64,000 bases of DNA, taken from the NCBI GenBank assembly GCA_002104905.1, contig MCFE01000178.1:78239-142238 (forward strand), in the 5' to 3' direction. Positions 53,975-63,768 of this stretch are shown piece after piece; within the stretch, counting starts at the first letter, position 1; the number at the start of each line of letters is the position of its first letter. This DNA comes from Basidiobolus meristosporus CBS 931.73 (lineage: Eukaryota; Fungi; Basidiobolomycota). Under the pieces are notes generated by a model that did no database searches, was not told the DNA's origin, and was given only the letters and a program-made list of their open reading frames with translations. A program made the position numbers and the translations under genes.

Positions 53975-55010
53975 TGTAAGACTTTTGGATAAATAGAAGT
54001 GATTGGAAGCACTAATAGATTATGTGGTTTTCACTTAATGATTAATTGAATGTAAAAGTGGTATGGATACTTTGACATGGTCTTCACAAAACAGACATGT
54101 TAAATATGCTCAAGAAGGCTCAAAGAGCAGGTATGCAAAGTTAGGGGCCTTAAGCAGATATGGGTATTTTTCAGGTTCTGAGAACCTTGTATAATAGCTA
54201 AATATTCCAAGTAACTATTAGAAAGTAATTTGGGTAAGGTAGTATATGTTGTGAGAGTTTTGGAGATATTTGATTTGATTCAGAGAGCAAATACATTGAG
54301 TTGCTTTCACTTAATGTTTGATTGAGTTTAATTGTAGTACTTATTCTTCTATAGTTTGTTGATAAAAGTAAGATGTAGAAGATGCTTAAAAAGGTCCAAA
54401 GTCCTTTACTGTCTTGGATATATTGGAAGTGATTAGGAGAACAAGTAGATAATGTGGTTTTCACTTAATGACTTATTGAGTGCAAAAGTAGCATTTATAC
54501 TTTACATAATCTTTGCATAAAAACGCATAGAATAGGTTTAGGAAGGGTCCAAGAGCATGTGTGCAAAGATTGGGGCTGTTTGGACAACTTTGAGAATTTT
54601 TATGTTCTTGGTACCTGATATTTGTTGTGAGAGTCTTGGAGATATTGGAAGTGATTGGGAGGACAAGTAGATTATGTGGTTTTCACTTAATGATTTATTG
54701 AATGTAAAAGTAGTATTTATACTTTTACATGATCTTGGCATAACAAACATGTAGAATAGGCTAAGGAAGGTCCCAAGAACATGTGTGCAAAGTGTGGGGC
54801 TGTTTGGACAACCTTGAGAATTTTCATGCTCTGGGTACCTGGTATTTTGGTGAAAATATTCTAAGTAAATCCCAGCAAGGAATTTGGTCAGTAGTCTCTA
54901 GAATTCGAAGGTTATGGTGTAAGTGACTAAGTTAGGTGAATATTTAGGTGGAATTACAAATTTTTACCACAATATTTTGGTGAGAATATTCTAAGTAAAT
55001 GCCAACAAGG
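53975..55010 (-). mobile_element. Cluster of four same-orientation Copia-family LTRs of different ages
   Basis: The motif GGAGATATTGGAAGTGATT…TGTGGTTTTCACTTAATG recurs at ~53990, ~54260, ~54415 and ~54635 with decreasing degeneracy. Confidence 0.8.
54623..54971 (-). mobile_element. Solo LTR inserted inside another LTR of the same family
   Basis: Perfect TSD ATATT (54618-54622 / 54972-54976). The host LTR resumes at 54972. Confidence 0.85.
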
Positions 55011-55154
55011 GTTAGAGTCAGGGTCTAAGTTCTATTATTGTATATGATTAAGTACAGTAATACCATTTCTACTTGATGCAAGTTGTATAGTGCAAATTGT
55101 ATAAAGTAGCTGTATCTATTGCTTTATTAAGGTAAAAATACCGCTGAAATTGAG

Positions 55155-58049
55155 TTAGGGTAGGGGGGAGACAGTCACTAACAGGAGAAATATTTATTTC
55201 AGTTGAAACAAAGAAGCCAGAGCTATTGTTGTAGCTTTGATATAAGAGTGTGTGGCTGCGGGGAGTTTGTTGGTAAGTTAATAAGAAGTTATTATAGTTC
55301 TTCAGTGCTCAAAACACTGTTCAGTGGGAAGGGGGGTAGCAAGAGGGGAAAGAATGATTTGTGAACAACATTAATGAGGGGAATATGATAAGGATTGATG
55401 TTCATCATAAAGGGAGTGTGCTGCTTCAGATATTGCTGCCAAAGGTCTGTCAAGTACTTCAGGTAGGCCAGCTTGGGATTTTCTGACTGCAGAATATAGT
55501 GAGCAAACTTCTTGACTTCAGGATCTCCAAGTATAGTTCTCCAGCAGGAGCCAGGTGTAGTGTGGTGTGCTCTCTTCCAGACCTTGATCAGTGGGTTGTT
55601 GCAGTGGTGAAGTCTGAGATATAATCTGGTTCTAAGCTAGAGTAGTCTGATCTTATAAGGCATAAACCCAAAAGCACCAAGAATACCATGTCTGTAGGGG
55701 CATTCAGGTAGATGAGGCACTAAGGAGGTAATGCACCATACTGCAAGCTTGTCAAGCTTAGTGCAGTCTCTAGAAGTAAGAGAGAGAAGTGGTAAGCCAA
55801 ATTCCAGGACAGGGAAGACAAACTGCTTGAGTAGAAGGAGGCAGCTGGGAGCTGAAGTTGTAGGAGGAGTAACAGCCAATAGCTTGTGGAGTGCCTGTCT
55901 TGCAAGGATAATTCTCTTCTTCAGGTGTGCTCCTGAGTCTAGTCCAGTAGGAAGGAAAGGAAAGCCAAGATATGTAGCAGAAACCTGGGCAGGTAGAGTG
56001 GAGTTCTCCAAATTGATGGGAGAGCCCAAAGGTACTGTCTTTGCAATGAAAAGCTGGAGATTATTCTTCTGCAGATACTGGTGGATGATCTGGAAGTCTT
56101 ATTGCACATTGGAGGAGGATATTCTGATGTCATCAGCAAAGAGAGTAACCAGGCAGTCAGCTGAGAGTCTTGGGAAGTCATTCAGGAAGATGGCAAACAG
56201 AATAGGACCAAGCACAGAGCCTTGAACCACTCCATTAGGAACCAAGAATACAGCTGATTGCTCACTTGGGTGAAGAATTCTTGCTTATGGATCCAGAAAC
56301 AGAGACCTGACAAGGAGGGTGAGAGAGGTACTGGAGAAGCATTGCAACTTGGACCAAAGCAGATTTCTGTCAGCTGAATAAAAGGCCTTAGTAATATCAA
56401 ACAGAACAGAGGGATACTTGCACTGGAGAGAGTGATCTTGGCTAGGTATGACTGCATATTCCAAGGAGAGGCCAGGAACAAAGCCAAACTGTGCAGGGTG
56501 AAACTTGAGGGAGTCAGAATAGAGCTCCTGAGCAAGCAGAAGCTCAAACACCTTTCTGCAGGTGGGCAGCAGAGATATTGGCCTGTAGGAGCAAAAATCC
56601 AGGTGCTTTCCTTTACCCTTGTACAGTGGCAGAACATTTGCAAAGGACCATTCCTCAGGAGTAGAAAGCTGAGCTGAGCATTGTTGAAACATTGGAAGCA
56701 GAAGTGCATACATGGCCTTGGTACTAGTCTTCAGAAGCTCATAGGAGATTGTGTCCACACCTGGAGCAGTAGAGTTGGGAAGCCTCTTGAGCACATTATG
56801 GATTCTCCCTTGATCAAGTGCAAGTGGGATGGGCAGAGTCTTGAAGTCAGGATGAAAGCCAGGAGTTTAATACTGCTTTGTAGAGAAGAAGATGCTAGCC
56901 AGCTGTTCTGTTGAAGGTAACTTCCTGGAAGCGGGCCTCATTGCCCTGTAGAGTATTGATACTGTTCTTGTTATAGAGTTGGAAGATTGCAGAGGCAAAG
57001 AACTCATAATATGATCCCAGAGCTGAGTATGCAGAGTGTGGTGAATTGCCTTGGAGTGGTGTATGGCTGTCAGGAGGAGTTTCTCTGTTTTTGGGTTAGG
57101 GAAACTCAGGTAGCTTTGTTGCAGGGCTGAAACAATGGATTCCCATTTTCTTGAGGTAACAGCAGTAGTCTTGCATGGCAGTGAGAGGGAGGCAGAGACC
57201 AGAATCTGATGCTTCACATAGAGCCAGGCATAGTTGAGATCATCTGGCATAGAAAGTAGCAAGCTGGCAAGCTTCAAGTAGTTCCCAAAGTCTTTCTTCT
57301 GATTCTTGGTAGCTTTGTGGATGAGCACAGTGAGTTTTGGCAGCTTCTTCTTCACAACTGGTTGCATAGAAAGGGACCAGGCTGGGTGGTCAGAGGCTCT
57401 CAAGGATCCTAGCTCAGCTCCAGAGAATTGCTTAACTTCATTCACAAAGTAGAGGGCAGCAGCAGAAGGGCAGATCCAGTTAACACATCATTTCTCAGAT
57501 TGAGCACCTAGTGCTAGCAGATGGCTTTCTCTCAGGAAGTTCAGTAGGAATGTAGACCTTGGCTTCATTCTTGCAGTCAGAGTAGTCTTGTTCTGAGGAT
57601 GGGGAATGTTGAGATCTCCAAGCAAGATAACAGGTGTTGATATAGATTGCTGGTATTGCTGAACTTTCTGGCATATAACTTACACTTCCTGAAGGGCAAG
57701 ACTTTGAGGAAGATAGCAGAGCACCAGACTGATAGTTGGCAACTGGAGAGCAGCACAGTAAGGGGAGTAAAGAGGAACACAGAGCTGAGGATTATTGATG
57801 GTAGAAGAGATGAAGCAGATAGAGGAGGTATTCTTTGCTCTAGGAGTAGGAAAGCAATCTAGATTAGTCAAAAGTATAGAGGGTAGCTGGACATCAATCA
57901 AACACAGAAGGGAAAATATCAAAAGAAGTCTCTCTAGAGTTGGTCTTGATGGCTGTATGCTGTTGCAGTTAAGCAACAGAACTTCAGGTAGTCAGGCAGA
58001 GGTTGTAGCTTCTTCAGAGGCAGCATTGACAATGTGACCTGCAGAGTCC
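55155..58049 (-). mobile_element. Telomere-associated APE-RT LINE, family 1, proximal copy (5'-truncated, several nonsense codons)
   Basis: Colinear with 60206-63090, roughly 94-95% identical in the 3' region I compared. RT motifs APGVD, YRPISLL, GVVQGSVLGP, FADDI. The 3' end reads …GACTGTCTCCCCCCTACCCTAA on the minus strand. Confidence 0.92.
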
Positions 58050-58113
58050 TTAGGGGGGAGACAGTCACCAACAGGTGAAATCTTTATTTCAGTTGAAACA
58101 AAGAAGCCAGCAC
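58050..58113 (-). mobile_element. 3'-terminal stub (~60 bp) of LINE family 1
   Basis: TTAGGGGGGAGACAGTCACCAACAGGTGAAATCTTTATTTCAGTTGAAACAAAGAAGCCAGC matches the end of the distal copy (apart from G-run length). It is fused directly to the 5' truncation point of the proximal copy. Confidence 0.9.
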
Positions 58114-58708
58114 TGTAGTGGGGTGACAGTGACACCCACTGACAGATGTGCTTATTCCCCTATTTTCTACTTTCCTATATCTCTACTACACTTATTTTAG
58201 TTTTATCCCATTTGTCTTACCCAATCAGTACTATCCCATAAGCTGGTTGACTATCACACCTGCTTACCTTATTACATAAGTTACCCCTCACTTTATGTTG
58301 ATTACTAGCTATAAGTGCTTCTATATTAGGCAAGTACTTGTGCCAGTACCTGTGACATATAATCAACCCATGTCACCATCCCTACCATTTCCATACCATA
58401 TATGGCATCCCTATGTTACACAGATTTCAGAATACTGATTCCTGATTGGTTGGATGTGCTGTGCCTCTTAGAACCTTCTGGCACCTACTTAGAACATTCT
58501 TAGGTCAATCTGATGTTATTAAGATTTCTATTGATATCCAGAACCTTCTGGAACACCATGATTAGTAATCACTTAGCCAGTAAGAAAAGTATATAAGGGA
58601 GGCTATCCCTCAACAATAAATCATCATCCCTTTTATCAATATACCAACTTGTTGATTAGTGTTATCACTGCTACCTGCTGATACCTGAACTTCCAACCCC
58701 AGACCACA
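58114..58708 (+). mobile_element. Probable LTR-like sequence truncating the LINE stub
   Basis: TGTAGTGGGG…CCCCAGACCACA termini with internal TATAA and AATAAA. No TSD found. Confidence 0.45.
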
Positions 58709-58760
58709 GGACATTCCCAGGAAACCATGCTGACAGCCAGCTGACCTTGGAGGCACTACT

Positions 58761-59084
58761 TGTTAGGAATACTCAGAGTAGGTATCTTTTATTATATTTG
58801 ATTCTTCCCCAAGTTTGTTCTTGTACAGGCAAAGATACTTTTCTGTCTTTGTAACTATTGACCACAGCTGCATTCTTATCAAGTCCCTGCTGGTGGAGTT
58901 TACAGTTGTTTAGACTTTGGAAGCTTTAGTACATTGTCATCTCAAAGGACGCTGAACCCAGCACATACTTTTATTAAGACGCCAACTAAGTTGGGGATTG
59001 TAGCTCAATAGTTTTCCCTTGACAAGCTTGTGGCTTTATTCCCCTTCACATTAGATTAGAGACAGAACCCATGTATTCCTAACA
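58761..59084. mobile_element. LTR-like or MITE-like element with a perfect 12-bp terminal inverted repeat
   Basis: TGTTAGGAATAC … GTATTCCTAACA. No TSD. Confidence 0.6.
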
Positions 59085-59135
59085 AGCTTTTGCCAGAGGT
59101 TATTGCACCCAGTGAACACCCCACACACAAAACAC

Positions 59136-59677
59136 TTGAGGGCTAGGGTTAGGCTTTTAAATACTTTATTGTGAACTTCATATAGTGCTTACTAATACAA
59201 AGAGAAAAGTACAATAGGTAGCTATACATGAACATCTGAAAGAATAGCTATTGCTGGCTCTATGATGCCTAATTAATACTATAAGGGCACTCTTGCTACT
59301 CAATATATGTTGAATGTAACAACTTTGGCCTAATTGCTGAGATTATAGCTGACAGCCTCATGATGAGTGCTTTTTGAGAATGAAACTGAAACAGTGCATC
59401 AGTATCTTTAAAACCAAAGCACTTCTCAGCTTGAGTATAGTGAAAGTAGCTATTGCATCTTGGGCACTTAGAACCCAAGCACAAAGTACTCATTCTCCAT
59501 CTGATTGCTTGCAGTGCAAAAAAGCAATCACTGATGTAGAAAGAAACATCTGCCTGGCTATTGGAATGACGACTTGTAGCTGAGATCAGTCCAATTCTGT
59601 CTCTTGATGTTGAGACTCTGGAGATATTGTTAAGCTTTCTGAGAGCCATAGCCACAGAAAGTGGTACATGTGTAGAC
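59136..59677 (-). mobile_element. 3' fragment of a second LINE family with a telomere-like tail
   Basis: ORF end RWRMSTLCLGSKCPRCNSYFHYTQAEKC (Cys-rich LINE C-terminus), stop at 59296, AATAAA at 59165-59170, then tail CCTAACCCTAGCCCTCAA. Confidence 0.65.
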
Positions 59678-60201
59678 TTAGGGGGGAGGAAAGTCACCAA
59701 GTGGTGAAATCTTTATTTACTTATGACAAGTATCTAAAGAAGCCAAGTTAATCTGAAGTTTTTCCTAGAAAGCTAGGTCTGAGAGATATCTTCCTGGTAA
59801 GCCAGGTCTGAGAGTTGAGAAGCTGAGTGATACTATATTTCCTAGTTAGCTAGGTCTGAGAGTGGTTTCCTGGAAAGCCAGGCCTGAGAAGTGAGAATCT
59901 GAATATATCTGAGCTAAGTTATACTGGTTTGCGGTAGCTGAATTGTGGCCGGAATGGCCAGTAGACTGGGGGAACTGAGAGGAATTTCTGGGCAATCACT
60001 GGCCAAATTTACTAGGCAAATCTGGCCAATTAGCATTTCAAGGATTTTGGCCAATCAGAGCCTTTACTTTGCCCGATGGTTGATCAAGCCATCTCCCAAT
60101 GAGCACACATCAATTTATTAATCAAATTTTGCTGGATCCAGGATTTGAACCCACAACCATGGGTATGGAAGGGTTAGGGATAACCACAAGGCTAAGTGTT
60201 C
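59678..60201 (-). mobile_element. tRNA-derived SINE carrying the LINE family-1 3' tail
   Basis: A box TAGCCTTGTGG (60194-60184) and B box GGTTCAAATCC (60151-60141) at tRNA-like spacing. Repetitive body. 3' end AAATAAAGATTTCACCACTTGGTGACTTTCCTCCCCCCTAA is homologous to the LINE end. Confidence 0.75.
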
Positions 60202-60269
60202 TTGGTTAGGGGGGGAGACAGTCACCAACAGGTGAAATCTTTATTTCAGTTGAAACAAAGAAGCCAGCG

Positions 60270-63038
60270 CTACTGTTGTAGCTTTGATACAAGAGTGTGT
60301 AGCTGAGGGGAATTTGTAGGTAAGTTAATAAGAAGTGATGATAGCTCTTCAGTGCTCAAGACACTGTTCAGTGGGAAGGGGGGTAGCAAGAGAGGTAAGA
60401 ATGACTTGTGAACAACATTAATGAGGGGAATATGATAAGGATTGATATTCATCATAAATGAAGTGTGCTGCTGCAGATATTGCTGCCAAAGGTCTGTCAA
60501 GTACTTCAGGTAGGCCAGCTTGGGTTTTTCTGACTGCAGAATAAAGTGAGCAAACTTCTTGACTTCAGGATCTCCAAGTATAGTTCTCCAGCAGGAGCCA
60601 GGTGTTGTGTGGTGTGTTCTCTTCCAGGCCTTAATCAGTGGGTTGTTGCAGTTGTGAAGTCTGAGGTATAATCTGGTTCTAAGGTAGAGAAGTCTGATCT
60701 TATAGGGCATAAACCCAAAAGCACCAAGAATAGCATGTCTGTAGGGGCATTCAGGCAAATGAGGCACCAAGGAGGTAATGCACCATACTGCAAACTTGTC
60801 AAGCTTAGTGCAGTCTCTAGAAGTAAGAGAGAGAAGTGGTAAGCCAAATTCCAGGACAGGGAAGACAAACTGCTTGAGTAGAAGGAGGCAGCTGGGAGCT
60901 GAAGTTGTAGGAGGAGTAACAGCCAACAGCTTGTGGAGTGCCTGTCTTGCAAGGATAATTCTCTTCTTCAGGTGTGCTCCAGAGTCTAGTCCAGTAGGAA
61001 GGAAAGGAAAGCCAAGATATGTAGCAGAAACCTGAGCAGGTAGAGTGGAGTTCTCCAAGATGATGGGAGAGCCCAAAGGTACTGTCTTTGCAATGGAAAG
61101 CTGGAGATTATTCTTCTGCAGATACTGGTGGATGGTCTGGGAGTCTTGTTGCACATTGGAGGAGGATATTCTGATGTCATCAGCAAAGAGAGTAACCAGG
61201 CAGTCAGCTGAGAGTCTTGGGAAGTCATTCAGGAAGATGGCAAACAGTATAGGACCAAGCACAGAGCCTTGAACCACTCCATTAGGAACTGAGAACACAG
61301 CTGATTGCTCACTTGGGTGCAGAATTCTTGCTTGTGGATCCAGAAACAGAGACCTGATAAGGAGGGTGAGAGAGGTACTGGAGAAGCATTGCAACTTGGA
61401 CTAAAGCAGATTTCTGTCAACTGAATCAAAGGCCTTAGTAATATCAAACAGAACAGAGGGATACTTGCACTGGAGAGAGTGATCTTGGCTAAGTATGACT
61501 GCATATTCCAAGGAGAGGCCAGGAACAAAGCCAAACTGTGCAGGATGAAACTTGAGGGAGTCAGAGTAGAGCTCCTGAGCAAGCAGAAGCTCAAACACCT
61601 TTCTGCAGGTGGGCAGCAGAGATATTGGCCTGTAGGAGCTAGGATCCAAGTGCTTTCCTTTACCCTTATACAGTGGCAGAACATTTGCAAAGGACCATTC
61701 CTCAGGAGTAGAAAGCTGGGCTGAGCATTGCTGAAACAGTGGAAGCAGAAGTGCAGACATGGCCTTGGTACTAGTCTTCAGAAGCTCATAGGAGATTGTG
61801 TCCACACCTGGAGCAGTAGAGTTGGGAAGCCTCTTGAGCACATTATGGATTCTCCTTTGATCAAGTGCAATTGGGATGGGCAGAGTCTTGAAGTCAGGAT
61901 GAAAGCCAGGAGTTGAGTACTGCTTTGTAGAGAAGAAGATGTTAGCCAGCTGTTCTGTTGAAGGTAACTTCCTGGAAGAGGGCCTCATTGCTCTGTAGAG
62001 TCTTGATACTGTTCTTGTTATAGAGTTGGAAGATTGCAGAGGCAAAGAACTCATAATATGATCCCAGAGCTGAGTATGCAGAGTGTGGTGAATTGCCTTG
62101 GAGTGGTGTATTGCTGTCAGGAGGAGTTTCTCTGTTTTTGGGTTAGGGAAACTCAGGTAGCTTTGTTGCAGGGCTGAAACAATGGATTCCCATTTTCTTG
62201 AGGTAACAGCAGTAGTCTTGCATGGCAGTGAGAGGGAGGCAGACACCAGAATCAGATGCTTCACAAAGAGCCAGGCATAGTTGAGATCATCTGGCAGAGA
62301 AAGTAGCAAACTGGCAAGCTTCAAGTAGTTCCCAAAGTCTTTCTTCTGATTCTTGGTAGCTTTGTGGGTGAGCACAGTAAGTTTTGGCAGCTTCTTCTTC
62401 ACAGCTGGTTGCATAGAAAGGGACCAGGCTGGGTGGTCAGAGGCTCTCAAGGATCCTAGCTCAGCTCCAGAGAATTGCTTCACTTCATTCACAAAGTAGA
62501 GGGCAGCAGCAGAAGGGCAGATCCAGTCAACACATCTTTTCTCAGATTGAGCACCCAGTGCTAGCAGATGGCTTTCTCTCAGGAAGTTCAGTAGGAATGT
62601 AGACCTTGGCTTCATTCTTGCAGTCAGAGTAGTCTTGTTCTCAGGATGGGGAATGTTGAGATCTCCAAGCAAGATAACAGGTGTTGATATAGATTGCTGG
62701 TATTGCTGAACTTTCTGGCAGATAACTTGCACTTCCTGAAGGGCAAGACTTGGAGGCAGATAGCAGAGCACCAGACTGATAGTTGGCAACTGGAGAGCAG
62801 CACAGTAAGGGGAGTAAAGAGGAACACAGAGCTGAGGAGTATTGATGGTAGAAGAGATGAAGCAGATGGAGGAGGTATTCTTTGTTCTAGGAGTAGAAAA
62901 GTAATATAGATTAGTCAAAAGTATAGAGGGTAGCTGGACATCAATCAAACACAGGAGGGAAAATCTTGAAAGAAGTCTCTCTAGAGTTGGTCTTGATGGC
63001 TGTATGCTGTTGCAGTTAAGCAACAGAACTTCAGGTAG
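60270..63038 (-). CDS. LINE ORF2: APE endonuclease + reverse transcriptase (one in-frame TAG at 61401-61403; no AUG start)
   Basis: APE: LLNCNS, CYLPP, LLGDLN, VDWI, SDH. RT: APGVD, LYKGKG, YRPISLL, QFGF, FDITKAFDSV, GVVQGSVLGPILF, LFADDI, YLGFPF. The proximal copy has TGG where this copy has TAG. Confidence 0.9.
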
Positions 63039-63768
63039 TCAGGCAGAGGTTGTAGCTTCTTCAGAGGCAGCATTGACAATGTGACCTGCAGAGTCCCAGA
63101 GCTCTTCAAATGGTGCATCACTTAAGTCAGCAAGGAGGGAAATGGCATGATTCTTGAGGAAGTATGCCACATCATAGGAGGGGGCTTGTCTCTTGATGGC
63201 AGCAAAGAAAGACAGAATGGCAACATGGGCTGGAGGCTTGTTGAACAGTAGAGAGTCAGAGGATTCAGATTCTTCAGGCACTATCTTGAAGTCAGTTTTC
63301 AGCCAGTTAAGGTTCTTCTCCACAAAGACAACAAATGGGTCAGCAATGTTTTGGTCTAGGATAACCTCCAGAATCTTCCCTTTTCTCCAGGCCAGGTTGA
63401 CAATTCTTGAGAGCTGAATATTGCATGCCTTGAGTGCTTTCCTGATGTTTGAAATGGGAGTCCAGGGAACTTGCTTCAAGTACACACAGTCCAGGTAGAA
63501 GCTGGTGGTAGGTTTGCTGGGGGCTTGTAAGTCCTTCTGTGTTGCAATGGAGCTGCAGTAGTCAGATTGGAGTCCACATAATCAGTAGAGGGTTTTCTTG
63601 ATGTGTCTTGCTGAATGGTACTGGAGCTGGATGTGTTGATAATTCTTGCTAGAACCTTGCCTGCATAAGTCTGAGGTATAGCTGAGGTGACTGTAGAGGT
63701 GGTGGCAGCTGGTGCAGGTGGAGAGGCAGAGACTGAAGCAGGAACTGAGGTCACCTGGGAGAAGGCAG
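63039..63768 (-). CDS. LINE ORF1 (5'-truncated, one frameshift near 63520)
   Basis: S/T/A/P-rich N-terminus with TYAGKV, then CVYLKQVPWTPISNIRKAL…IVNLAWRKGKILEV (RRM-like pattern of fungal LINE ORF1). Adding one base to the G5 run at 63519-63523 joins the two track ORFs. Confidence 0.75.

Larger units (their letters stand above)
60206..63768 (-). mobile_element. Telomere-associated APE-RT LINE, family 1, distal near-intact copy capped by the telomere
   Basis: ORF1 + ORF2, 3' UTR with AATAAA and hairpin, CCCCCCCTAA tail. The 5' end is truncated at the telomere. Confidence 0.93.

Noticed and set aside
60130-60201. Functional tRNA gene
   Set aside because: Acceptor, D and anticodon stems do not pair; only the promoter boxes and T-arm remain, so it is treated as a SINE head.
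55155-63768. RIP as the cause of LINE decay (two stops are CpA>TpA type)
   Set aside because: Differences between the two copies include many transversions and go in both directions; there is no dominant CpA>TpA pattern.
60206-63768. Identification as MoTeR or as an Athena/Coprina Penelope element
   Set aside because: An N-terminal APE domain (GDLN, SDH) is present. MoTeR has a restriction-like endonuclease and telomeric Penelope elements lack one.
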